Of a DNA stretch of 64,000 nucleotides, positions 1 to 8,908 are shown piece after piece. Source of the stretch: an uncultured Gammaproteobacteria bacterium (GTDB taxonomy: Bacteria > Pseudomonadota > Gammaproteobacteria > Pseudomonadales > Halieaceae). A program made the position numbers and the translations under genes. The notes below the pieces were generated by a model. It ran no database searches. It was not told the origin of the DNA and saw nothing but the letters and a program-made list of their open reading frames with translations. Where the stretch lies: the NCBI GenBank assembly GCA_963753815.1, contig CAVWDU010000007.1:109167-173166 (forward strand), read 5' to 3'. The stretch's first letter is position 1. Each line of letters begins with the position of its first letter.

Positions 1-496
1 CGACGAGATCGACGGCAAGGCACCGCAGACCTCCCTGGGCATGTCTGCATTTCATCTCGACGCCGGCTTTACCCCGCAGTTCCCCTTCGGCTTCGGTTTG
101 TCCTACGGACGTTTCGAGTACGGCGATCTCTCCGTCAGTGCGGGACAGGTCGTCATGGGCGAGAGCCTGGAAGTGGGTGCGACGCTGCACAACCGTGGCC
201 CGCGTGCGGCCGAGGAAGTGGTGCAACTGTACGTCCGCGACCTCGTCGGCAATGTGACCCGGCCGATCCGGGAGCTCAAGGGATTCCGCCGCGTGCGACT
301 GGCGCCGGGGGCCAGCGAGCGGGTGAGCTTCCGGCTGCACACCGACGACCTGGCCTTTTACAACCAGCGCATGGAACGGGTCACCGAACCGGGACAGTTT
401 CACGTCTGGATCGGCGGCAGTGCGGAGGCCGAACTCGGCGGAGAGTTCGAGGTGATCGAACGCTCCGCCCATGTGAACACGGGCACAGGGAACTGA
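1..496 (+). CDS. Glycoside hydrolase family 3 protein, C-terminal fragment (5' end lies outside the window)
   Basis: The frame is open from the window edge to TGA 494-496. FGFGLSYGRFEYGDL and VVQLYVRDLVGNVTRPIRELKGFRRVRLAPGASERVSF match the conserved GH3 C-terminal / FnIII-like beta-sandwich region. Confidence 0.85.
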   Translation, partial: DEIDGKAPQTSLGMSAFHLDAGFTPQFPFGFGLSYGRFEYGDLSVSAGQVVMGESLEVGATLHNRGPRAAEEVVQLYVRDLVGNVTRPIRELKGFRRVRLAPGASERVSFRLHTDDLAFYNQRMERVTEPGQFHVWIGGSAEAELGGEFEVIERSAHVNTGTGN

Positions 497-498
497 GG

Positions 499-2310
499 AT
501 GCTGGAAGACGCGAAAGCAAAGGCGGACACACTGCTGCGAAAAATGACACTGGCGCAGAAGATCGGCCAGATGGTGCAGACGGAGCGGATGGCGATCACC
601 CCGGAACAGGTCAAGGCCTGGCACGTCGGTTCCGTACTCAGCGGCGGCGGCTCCTGCCCCGGGAAAAACCGGCTCCAGGACTGGGTCGATATGAACGACG
701 CCTACTGGGCCGCGTCGATGGAGGCGGACGACGACCACCTCGCCATCCCGATCATCTATGGTGTGGATGCCGTCCACGGCAACAACAACGTGCTCGGCGC
801 CACCGTGTTTCCCCACAATATCGGCCTCGGCGCCGCCAATGACCCGGAACTGCTGGAACGCATCGCCAGGATCACTGCCAGGGAAGTGCTGGCGAGCGGG
901 GTCGAGTGGACCTTCGCACCGACTCTCGCCGTCGCCCGCAACGCGCAATGGGGGCGGACCTACGAGAGTTACTCCGAAGACCCCGAGATCGTCGGCACCT
1001 ACGCCGCCCGGTTCGTGCGCGGATTGCAGGGCGACCTCGGGGAAGATGGACTGGTCGCCTGTGTCAAGCACTGGGTCGGCGATGGCGGAACCCGACACGG
1101 TATCGAACAGGGTGACACCCGGGTTCCCGAGACCGAACTGCGACGCCTGCACATGGCGCCCTACCTGCCGGCGCTGGAGGCCGGGGTGCTGACGCTCATG
1201 GTGTCGTTCAATTCATGGAACGGGGACAAGTGCCACGGTAACGGCTACCTCGTCGACTACGTGCTCAAACAGCAGCTGGGCTTCGACGGCTTCGTCATCT
1301 CGGACTGGGACGGCATCGACTACCTGGCCGACAGTTACTACGACGCCGTCGCCCTCGGCGCCAACGCCGGCATCGATATGTTCATGGTGTCGGAGAACTG
1401 GCAACCGTTCATCGAACACCTGAACACGCATGTCACCCGTGGGAACGTTCCCGTCTCGCGCATCGACGACGCCGTGCGCCGTATTCTCACAGTCAAGTAC
1501 GCCTATGGGCTGTTCGACAAACCGCGGCCGGCCAGCCGGCGCTGGTCCGGTGACAACAGTTTCGGCAGCGACGACCACCGCGAAGTGGCCCGCGAGGCGG
1601 TGAGGAAATCGCTGGTACTGTTGAAGAACGACGGCGGCCTGCTGCCGTTGACACGGGAGCAACGCGTCCTGGTGGCCGGGAAGAATGCCGACAATCGCGG
1701 TCACCAGTGCGGCGGGTTCACGGTGGCCTGGCAGGGCACCTCGGGTAACCAGGCTATCATCGGCGGCAGCTCCATCTGGGAAGGCATCCGGGATGCGGTG
1801 CCGGGCGCAGAGCTGAGTGCGGATGGCCTCGGCGAGGACGCCGACCCCGAGCGGCACGATGTCGCGGTCGTCGTCATCGGCGAGACACCCTATGCCGAGG
1901 GCATGGGTGATATCCGACCCGGCGACGACATCATCGTCCAGGCGGGGTCACAGATCAACGGTTCCCTGAAAGTCCTGGAACCCTACGGACGCACGCTCAA
2001 CCTGTCGGAACTGCACCCGGAAGACCTGCGTACCATTATCAACATCGCCAGGCAGGGTGTTCCCGTGGTGACGGTGTTATTGTCCGGCCGCCCACTGGTG
2101 GCAAACTACGAGATCGAAGCATCCACCGCCTTCGTGGCGGCCTGGCTGCCGGGATCGGAGGGCCGGGGTGTGGCCGATGTGCTGCTCGGTGATCACCCGT
2201 TTACCGGCAGGCTGTCCTTTTCCTGGCCCCGGTCAACGGAACGCACCTGCGATGTGGGGGATCCTGGCTACGAGGTGCTGTTCCCCCGCGGCTTCGGCCT
2301 AGACGGTTGA
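499..2310 (+). CDS. Glycoside hydrolase family 3 beta-glucosidase / exo-beta-glucanase
   Basis: 603-aa ORF. The ATG lies 2 nt after the upstream stop and follows a GAGG Shine-Dalgarno. It has the KIGQMVQ N-terminal motif and the GFVISDW motif that carries the GH3 nucleophile Asp. No signal peptide. Confidence 0.9.
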   Translation: MLEDAKAKADTLLRKMTLAQKIGQMVQTERMAITPEQVKAWHVGSVLSGGGSCPGKNRLQDWVDMNDAYWAASMEADDDHLAIPIIYGVDAVHGNNNVLGATVFPHNIGLGAANDPELLERIARITAREVLASGVEWTFAPTLAVARNAQWGRTYESYSEDPEIVGTYAARFVRGLQGDLGEDGLVACVKHWVGDGGTRHGIEQGDTRVPETELRRLHMAPYLPALEAGVLTLMVSFNSWNGDKCHGNGYLVDYVLKQQLGFDGFVISDWDGIDYLADSYYDAVALGANAGIDMFMVSENWQPFIEHLNTHVTRGNVPVSRIDDAVRRILTVKYAYGLFDKPRPASRRWSGDNSFGSDDHREVAREAVRKSLVLLKNDGGLLPLTREQRVLVAGKNADNRGHQCGGFTVAWQGTSGNQAIIGGSSIWEGIRDAVPGAELSADGLGEDADPERHDVAVVVIGETPYAEGMGDIRPGDDIIVQAGSQINGSLKVLEPYGRTLNLSELHPEDLRTIINIARQGVPVVTVLLSGRPLVANYEIEASTAFVAAWLPGSEGRGVADVLLGDHPFTGRLSFSWPRSTERTCDVGDPGYEVLFPRGFGLDG

Positions 2311-2427
2311 AACTCTCGATACCCTGCCAGGCAGAGGGCGGCGCACCAGCACCACGATAGGCGACGCCACCCAGCCGGGGTGCAGCGCGCCTGAACCGCT
2401 ACAGGGCTGCCAAGGAAAACAATAACG

Positions 2428-3888
2428 ATGAGCGATACGCCTCAGTACGCGACCGCACCCGAAGACCGTATCCCCCTGCGCAACAAACTGATCTACGGGT
2501 TGGGGGCATTCGTCAACAATATCCTGGCCGCGGCGATCGGCGGCATGGCCATCGTGCTTAATCTCGGTCTCGGGATGAACCCCGCACTGGTGGGACTGCT
2601 CGGGGCATTGCCGCGACTGACCGACGCCTTCACCGACCCGCTGATGGGTTACCTCTCCGACCACACCCGCTCGCGGTGGGGGCGTCGCCGACCCTACATA
2701 TTCTTCGGCGCGATCGCCGCCGGGCTGTTGTTCATCCTCCTCTGGCAGCTGCCCGAAGGCCGCAGCGAAGCTTACTATTTCTGGTATTTTCTCCTCGGCT
2801 CCCTGCTCTTCTACCTCGCCTACACGGTGTTTGCGACGCCGTGGGTCGCACTGGGCTACGAACTGACGCCGGACTACCACGAGCGCACCCGGGTCATGGC
2901 GGTACAGAATTTCATGGGGCAGCTCGCCTACCTGATCTCGCCCTGGTTCCTCTGGATCATGCAGCACGAGGGCTGGTTCGACGACATGGTGAGTGGCGCC
3001 GCGAGCCTGTCGGTCGCGATCGGTCTCTCGGCTATCGTCCTCGGCATCATGCCGGCGCTGTTCCTGCGCGAGCGCTTCAAGGACATCGCCCTGGAGGAAC
3101 TGGAGGCGGGCGGAGAACCCGGTAACGGCACGCTCCAGGCCCTGCGCAGGGTCACCGGGGACTTCTTCGGTGGCTTCATCGCCGCCCTGAAGTTTTCACC
3201 CTTTCTCAAGCTGTGCCTGGCGACGTTCCTGGTGTTCAACGGCTTCATGATGGTGGCGTCGTTCCAGTCCTACGTGATCATCTACTATGTGTTCGGTGGT
3301 GACCAGGCGCTGGGCGCGGAGTACGCGGGCTGGGCCGGTACCGCCTCGGCCGTCGGCACCTTCGTGGCGATCTTCCTGGTGAGCTGGCTGTCCACCCGCA
3401 TCGGCAAGCGGCGCGCATTTTTCTTCTCCACCGGCCTCTCGATGCTGGGCTATGCCCTGAAATGGTTCTGCTACAACCCGGACATCCCCTGGCTGTTACT
3501 GCTGCCCGCCCCGCTGATCGCTTTCGGCCTGGGCGGCCTGTTCACGCTGATGGGCTCAATGATTGCCGATGTCTGCGATATGGACGAGTTGCAGACCCAC
3601 GAGCGACGCGAGGGCATGTTCGGCTCCATCTACTGGTGGGTGGTCAAGCTCGGCATGGCCGCGGCACTGGCGACCGGCGGCGTGTTGCTGAACGTCACCG
3701 GGTTCGATGTGGCCCTGGGTGGTGGGCAATCCGCCGACACGCTGCAGATGATGCGCGTTTTCGACATCGCCATCCCCCTGCTCTCCTCCGGCATCGCCAT
3801 CTGGCTGATCGCCGCCTACCCCATCACCGAACAGAAAGCCCATGAAGTGCGCAAGCAACTGGAGCAGCGGCGCGGCGCAGTGAACTGA
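2428..3888 (+). CDS. Glycoside-pentoside-hexuronide (GPH) family sugar:cation symporter (MFS superfamily)
   Basis: 486 aa with about 12 hydrophobic segments. The DPLMGYLSDHTRSRWGRRRPY signature is typical of MelB/GusB-type carriers. It follows the GH3 genes on the same strand. Confidence 0.85.
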   Translation: MSDTPQYATAPEDRIPLRNKLIYGLGAFVNNILAAAIGGMAIVLNLGLGMNPALVGLLGALPRLTDAFTDPLMGYLSDHTRSRWGRRRPYIFFGAIAAGLLFILLWQLPEGRSEAYYFWYFLLGSLLFYLAYTVFATPWVALGYELTPDYHERTRVMAVQNFMGQLAYLISPWFLWIMQHEGWFDDMVSGAASLSVAIGLSAIVLGIMPALFLRERFKDIALEELEAGGEPGNGTLQALRRVTGDFFGGFIAALKFSPFLKLCLATFLVFNGFMMVASFQSYVIIYYVFGGDQALGAEYAGWAGTASAVGTFVAIFLVSWLSTRIGKRRAFFFSTGLSMLGYALKWFCYNPDIPWLLLLPAPLIAFGLGGLFTLMGSMIADVCDMDELQTHERREGMFGSIYWWVVKLGMAAALATGGVLLNVTGFDVALGGGQSADTLQMMRVFDIAIPLLSSGIAIWLIAAYPITEQKAHEVRKQLEQRRGAVN

Positions 3889-4033
3889 TCCACGGCCGGA
3901 CCGGGTAGCCCGAACATCCGAACCGCGACGCATCGGCGCTGGCCGTTCTCGAGTGGCTGGAACGGAGGCTACGACAACCCGGTGAGCGTACCCGGGAATA
4001 CCGGCAACGGCAGCAACCAACGAGGTAGTGATC

Positions 4034-5009
4034 ATGAGCTCTATCCCTGTGCGCTGGGGCATCGTCGGCGCGGGCCGCATCGCCCACAGCTTTGCCCGCG
4101 ATATAGCCGCGGCAGACGGAGCCGAACTGGTCGCCGTGGCCGCGCGGGATGCCTTCGCGGGCCCGTGCTTTCGGCGACCAACACCACATCGACAACTGCT
4201 ACGGTGACTACACCGACCTGTACGCCGCAGCGGACGTCGATGCCGTCTATGTCGCCACCCCCCACAGCTGCCACCTCGACAACTGTCGCGAGGCCCTTGC
4301 CGCCGGCAAGGCGGTCCTGTGCGAAAAGCCGCTGGTGCTCGAACCCGGCCGAGTGTCAGTCGCTTATCGACGCTGCGGATGCGAGTGGCGGCTACCTCAT
4401 GGAAGGCATGTGGACCTGGTTTCTCCCCGCCGTCAGGCGCGCGCTGGACTGGTATCGGGCCGGGCGCATCGGTGAGCTGCTGCACCTGAAATCCGACTTC
4501 GGCTACCCGCTCGAGTACGGCGAACGGGTACGCGAGTACGATGCCCGGCTCGGTGGCGGCGCAGTGCTGGAGATGGGCATCTACCCGGTCGCGATCGCCC
4601 GGTTATTCATTGGACGCGGTCCCGAGCGCATTCAGGTATCGGGAAGACGGGCGCCGAACGGGGTGGAGGATGACATGGTCGCGATCTGCGACTACGGCGA
4701 TTGCACGGCGACCCTGGCCACCAGCTTCAGGTGCAAGCTGCCGAACTGGACCTACCTGGTCGGCACCGAGGGCACCATTGCCATCCCCGACTTCTGGTGC
4801 GCGCGGCGATGCCTGCTGTACCGCCTGGATCAACTTGTTGATGAGTTCGACGACGGCCGCAGTACCGGAGGTTTCGACTACGAGATCGAGGCGGCCAGCC
4901 GCGAGATTGCCGCCGGGGCGACGGAGTCGGCCACATACCGCTGGCAACCAGCCTGGCGCTGCAGGAGGACATGGCGGCGCTGCGCCGGGCTATCCCGGGA
5001 GGCGCTTGA
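4034..5009 (+). pseudogene. Gfo/Idh/MocA-family NAD(P)-dependent oxidoreductase, reading frame broken three times
   Basis: The protein starts at ATG 4034 in frame 2 (MSSIPVRWGIVGAGRIAHSF, Rossmann). From ~4150 it continues in frame 0 (RARAFGDQHHIDNCYGDYTDLYAAADVDAVYVATPHSCHLDNCREALAAGKAVLCEKPLVL). From ~4345 it continues in frame 1 (AECQSLIDAADASGGYLMEGMWTWF...FDYEIEAASREIAAG). From ~4935 it returns to frame 0 (IPLATSLALQEDMAALRRAIPGGA, TGA 5007-5009). Joined, the pieces give one colinear family member. Confidence 0.85.
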
Positions 5010-5092
5010 CCATCGCGCGATCGGGGCCAGGTCGCCCGCCGCCACACTGCCGCGAATCGGATGCCGAAGACAACACCGGCGATCGACGCAGG

Positions 5093-5806
5093 CTACTCAC
5101 GTACCTCGACCACCTGACTGGTTTCGAAGCGATAGCGCATGTTGCGATACACGCAGATATCGGTGACGTCCGGCGGCGTGCCGGCGGGGGAGCAGCGATA
5201 ATTGGTCGACACCCGGTGGTGTCCCGCCACCGGCAGTACGCGGTGCCAGGTGTGGCCGTGTAACAACAGCAGGGAGCCCTTGCGCGGCGTCAACACGAGC
5301 TGGTCGGCGAAATCCTCGTCCACCGGACCCGGCGGTATCTCACCCCGGCGATGGGAACCGGGCACGACCAGGGTTTGCCCGCCCACCTGCGGCAGGATGT
5401 CCTCGGTGTACACCAGCCTGTTGAGATTGAAGACCGCCGGGTTCTCGGGCGCGCAGTCCTGGTGCCAGGCCTGGCCGCGACTGCCGGACGGGGAAAACAT
5501 GGTCATGCAATAGAGGGCCTGCCAGCCCTCCCCGAGCACCGCATCCGTGAGCCTTCGCAGCCGCGGGTCGCGCTCGATCTCGTCAAAAACGTCGTGACCT
5601 TCCTGCTGCGGAAACCACGGAATCACTTCGGTCGCCGCGCGACGCAGGAATTCATCATCATGGGTGAACGCAGGCGCATCACCGAAATGGTCCAGAATCA
5701 GCGCCTGGTAGCGATCCATCAGCTCGGCGTCGAACAGGTTTTCGACGACAACGAACCCCTGCTCCTGGAAGCTGTCGGCCAGGGCGGCATAGTCCGGTTC
5801 AATCAT
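5093..5806 (-). CDS. Phytanoyl-CoA dioxygenase (PhyH) family Fe(II)/2-oxoglutarate oxygenase
   Basis: 237 aa. It has a WHQD (HxD) motif and a distal HGHTWHRV His, plus a PGSHRRG motif, arranged as in the PhyH family. Confidence 0.8.
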   Translation of the reverse strand: MIEPDYAALADSFQEQGFVVVENLFDAELMDRYQALILDHFGDAPAFTHDDEFLRRAATEVIPWFPQQEGHDVFDEIERDPRLRRLTDAVLGEGWQALYCMTMFSPSGSRGQAWHQDCAPENPAVFNLNRLVYTEDILPQVGGQTLVVPGSHRRGEIPPGPVDEDFADQLVLTPRKGSLLLLHGHTWHRVLPVAGHHRVSTNYRCSPAGTPPDVTDICVYRNMRYRFETSQVVEVRE

Positions 5807-6099
5807 GTTTCACTCCTGAGAGCTTGTGGTAGAGATCGGCGCCGCCATTGAGGTAAAGCGGCGCGGAGATGTAGTCCGCCCACCGTTTTTCCAGTACGGC
5901 GTTGTCGTTGAGTCGCGAATTCGACCGCGAGAAGAAGCCGCCGCAGGACTGGTCCTGCTGTTCCTGCCACTGGGGCGCGCAGCGACTGCCCGGCCAGGAC
6001 CAGGACCCGCCCGTCCAGGGGTTCGAAGCGGCTCGCCTGCGCAACGGCGCCCAGCAGCAGCCCCAACAGCCAGAGCCAGGGAGACAGGCGGCTGATCAA
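5799..6099 (-). pseudogene. Short secreted-protein ORF (~100 codons) split between two reading frames
   Basis: A TTG at 6099 overlaps the GH43 stop (TTGA) and opens a signal peptide, MISRLSPWLWLLGLLLGAVAQA-SRFEPLDGRVLVLAGQS. The protein-like continuation APQWQEQQDQSCGGFFSRSNSRLNDNAVLEKRWADYISAPLYLNGGADLYHKLSGVKHD is in another frame. It ends at TGA 5799-5801, overlapping the PhyH ATG. No family was recognised. Confidence 0.3.
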
Positions 6100-7700
6100 G
6101 CTGGCATTTCCCGGTAGTCGAAGAAATCGAAGTCCGCATACAGGCCGGTCCCGGCGATATCCTGGCAGCAGATCCCGACAAAAGCGCCGGTAAAATTGGC
6201 ACCCTCCCCCTTGCCTACCTCGTCGCACAGCAGGCTGTAGTCGAGCTCGGGACCCACATTGGTCCAGGCCACACCATCTTCAGACCAGGCAAACTGCAGG
6301 CGGTCGCGATCCACGCGGGCCCGCAGGAATACCGCGGCTGACCCGGGCAGGGCCACCGGCGACGCTTGCAGCGGGTAGACCGTCGCCAGGCTTTGGTCGC
6401 CCTCGCAACTCATGATGCCGAGGTGACGGCCGACGGCCTCTTCCCACGAGATATACAGGTAGTGGAATTTGTGTCCGTTGTAATAGCAGACCAGTCCGGC
6501 CGCCTGCTGGAAGTGCCGCGGTTGGAATTCCACCCGGGTCTCCGCCGCGAACGTGAAAGCCTGCTGCCGCCGCGCCACCAGCGCCGAATGAAACAGGCTG
6601 CCGAGGGATTCACGGCCGTAGAGCCGCAGGTAGCCGGGGCGCGCCGACAGCGAGAACAGGTCACCGGCGTCTGGCGTTCTCAGCCACTGGAACTCGACCG
6701 GGAGTGTGCCCCCGTCAAAATCAGTGCGCCCGGGTGGTACAGGCCACGGGCGGGGCGGCAGCCCGGGACCGCTCAACTCCGCGGCGGGGGCGGTTGAACC
6801 CGTCGCGTGGCGCAGCCAGCCGTCATCGTCCCACTCGACCCGGGCCAGGGCGGTCTCACGTCCCATGGGGCTGCGCCTGCACTCCGGTGACAGGGGTCGC
6901 GAGCACAGGTACACCGCCCAGGTCGATCCGTCCGCCAGTTCCACCAGGTCGCCGTGGCCGCAGCGTTGCAGTGGCGAGTGCGGCGTGTCCCGGGCGGTGA
7001 GCACGTGACCCCGCGGGTCGACCTCGTAAGGGCCGGTGATGGCGGGGGCGCGGGCCAGGGTGATGGCATGGCCGTACCCGGTGCCTCCTTCCGCGGTCAG
7101 CAGGTAATAAAGACCGCCGCGGCGGTAGAGATGCGGGCCTTCGGTAAATCCCGTGTCCGACCCCTTGAAGATGTTGTAGCTCTCACCGATGAGTTGCCCC
7201 TGCTCCGGGGAAAACGCTTGCAGGAACACACCGCCAAAGGCACTGCGGTCCGGTCGGTGGTCCCAGATCATGCTCAGGTACCACTTGCGATCCCCGTCGT
7301 GGAACAGCGAGGGATCGAACCCGCCGCTGTGCAGGCACACGGGATCCGACCAGTCGCCGTCGATGCGGTTGCAGGTAGTGACGTAGTTGTGGCAGTCCTT
7401 GAAGTTGCCGTCAAACCGGTTCACCCGGGTATATACCAGCCAGAACCGCCCGTCGGCATGAGTCAGGCACGGCGCCCAGACGCCGCAGGAATCGGGCACC
7501 CCGCGCAGGTCCAGGAGTCCGGCGCGGTCGAGCGGGCGGGTCACCAGGCGCCAGTTCACCAGGTCACGGGAGTGGTGTATCTGAACCCCGGGGTACCACT
7601 CGAAGGTGGACGTGGCGATGTAGTAGTCGTCGCCGACGCGACAGATCGAGGGGTCGGGATTGAACCCGCGCAGGACGGGATTGTGAACCGTCGAGGCCAT
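6096..7700 (-). CDS. Glycoside hydrolase family 43 beta-xylosidase / alpha-L-arabinofuranosidase
   Basis: 534 aa counted from ATG 7700. MASTVHNPVLRGFNPDPSICRVGDDYYIATSTFEWYPGV is the canonical GH43 (XynB-type) N-terminus, and a C-terminal beta-sandwich follows. The upstream part of the 685-aa ORF is non-homologous and crosses the lacI promoter region. Confidence 0.9.
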   Translation of the reverse strand: MASTVHNPVLRGFNPDPSICRVGDDYYIATSTFEWYPGVQIHHSRDLVNWRLVTRPLDRAGLLDLRGVPDSCGVWAPCLTHADGRFWLVYTRVNRFDGNFKDCHNYVTTCNRIDGDWSDPVCLHSGGFDPSLFHDGDRKWYLSMIWDHRPDRSAFGGVFLQAFSPEQGQLIGESYNIFKGSDTGFTEGPHLYRRGGLYYLLTAEGGTGYGHAITLARAPAITGPYEVDPRGHVLTARDTPHSPLQRCGHGDLVELADGSTWAVYLCSRPLSPECRRSPMGRETALARVEWDDDGWLRHATGSTAPAAELSGPGLPPRPWPVPPGRTDFDGGTLPVEFQWLRTPDAGDLFSLSARPGYLRLYGRESLGSLFHSALVARRQQAFTFAAETRVEFQPRHFQQAAGLVCYYNGHKFHYLYISWEEAVGRHLGIMSCEGDQSLATVYPLQASPVALPGSAAVFLRARVDRDRLQFAWSEDGVAWTNVGPELDYSLLCDEVGKGEGANFTGAFVGICCQDIAGTGLYADFDFFDYREMPA

Positions 7701-7808
7701 CAGCTGGTCACCGCCCGGACGGCCGATGCATCCCGGCCCGGGACGATAACGGCCTGCACCGCGTTGGCTGCATTGTCTGCTCCGAGCCTTGCCTTTGCGA
7801 ACAAAAAA

Positions 7809-7822
7809 TGTAAACGTTTTCA
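7809..7822. promoter_or_regulatory. Candidate LacI-family operator (TGTAAACGTTTTCA)
   Basis: A 14-bp element, 12/14 self-complementary around a central CG, fitting the general TGnAAnCGnTTnCA LacI/GalR operator pattern. It sits in the 186-bp divergent GH43 / lacI-family intergenic region. Confidence 0.55.
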
Positions 7823-7886
7823 CCCCGAACCGCAAGCGCGTGCCGGCGCAGCGTTGAGCCAGGCAGTGACAGGAGAGCGTCGAGCG

Positions 7887-8906
7887 ATGTCTTCCATCAA
7901 GGATGTAGCCCGGTTGGCGGGCGTGTCGATCGCGACCGTATCGCGCTACCTGAATGACCCCGAATCGATACGCGGTGACAATCGGCGCAACGTCGAGCGG
8001 GCGATACGGCGTGCCGACTACGCGCCGAACCGGCTTGCCCAGAACTTCCGGCGGGGCCGCACCGGCATCATCATGGTGGTCTTGCCGAGCGTGGGGGACC
8101 CGTTTTTCAGCGACGTGATGCAGGGTATCTCTCGAGTCGCCGCCGAGCGCCACTACAGCATACTGATCCGGGAGACCGCGATGAACACGCTGTCACTCGA
8201 CCAGTACAGCGACATCGTGCTCTCCAAGCAGGCCGACGGCATCATCCTGCTTGCCAGCACCTGCCCGGCAACGCCGCTGCGGCCGCGAGCGACCGACACA
8301 CCCCCTGCCCCTATCGTCCTGGGCTGCGAGAATCTCAGCCCGGAGCTGGGGCCGGTCGCCGCGGTGCGCATTGACAATTACGCGGCGGCGATCGAGGCAA
8401 CCCGCCACCTGCTGGATCTCGGGCACCGGCGCATCGCCTTCGTGAACGGCTGGCGCGGGGCGGCGCTCACCGCGGACCGGGAACGCGGCTTCCGCGATGC
8501 CATGGCCTCCGCCGGTCTTGACGTCGACGAGCGCCGGGTCGTCGAAGGTCAGCTCAGCGCGGCGGGCGCGATGCAAGCGGCGGAACAACTGCTGCAGGAC
8601 CCGCAACCGCCCACGGCCATCTTCTGCGCGAACGACGAAATGGCGATAGGCGCCATGCACGGCATTCGCAGCCACGGTCTCTCCATTCCGGGCGACATTT
8701 CCGTCGTCGGGTTTGATGACGTCCGTTACGCCGCCCTGCTGAACCCGCCACTGACGACGGTGGCACAACCCGGGGAGCTGATCGGCGAGCGCGCCATGGA
8801 GCGCATCCTGGCAGCCATCGATAGTAAGGCTGCCGACCCCACTGTCGAGATCGTGCCGCACCGGCTAGTGGTCCGGAAATCCACCGCTGCCTGCGAAGCG
8901 GGCTAG
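7887..8906 (+). CDS. LacI family transcriptional regulator
   Basis: 339 aa counted from ATG 7887. The N-terminal HTH is MSSIKDVARLAGVSIATVSRYLN, followed by a periplasmic-binding-protein-like sugar-binding core. The longer 650-aa ORF is antisense to GH43. Confidence 0.9.
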   Translation: MSSIKDVARLAGVSIATVSRYLNDPESIRGDNRRNVERAIRRADYAPNRLAQNFRRGRTGIIMVVLPSVGDPFFSDVMQGISRVAAERHYSILIRETAMNTLSLDQYSDIVLSKQADGIILLASTCPATPLRPRATDTPPAPIVLGCENLSPELGPVAAVRIDNYAAAIEATRHLLDLGHRRIAFVNGWRGAALTADRERGFRDAMASAGLDVDERRVVEGQLSAAGAMQAAEQLLQDPQPPTAIFCANDEMAIGAMHGIRSHGLSIPGDISVVGFDDVRYAALLNPPLTTVAQPGELIGERAMERILAAIDSKAADPTVEIVPHRLVVRKSTAACEAG

Positions 8907-8908
8907 CC

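Noticed and set aside
3556-4485. 309-aa minus-strand ORF, plus similar ones at 400-1152, 56162-57139, 59111-60067 and 23677-24264 (+)
   Set aside because: Each overlaps a well-supported gene on the opposite strand and has low-complexity Arg/Ala/Gly/Pro-rich composition.
6954-7886. N-terminal 311 codons of the 650-aa ORF that contains the LacI-family regulator
   Set aside because: This part is antisense to GH43 and crosses the intergenic region. The LacI HTH begins at ATG 7887, which gives the normal family length.
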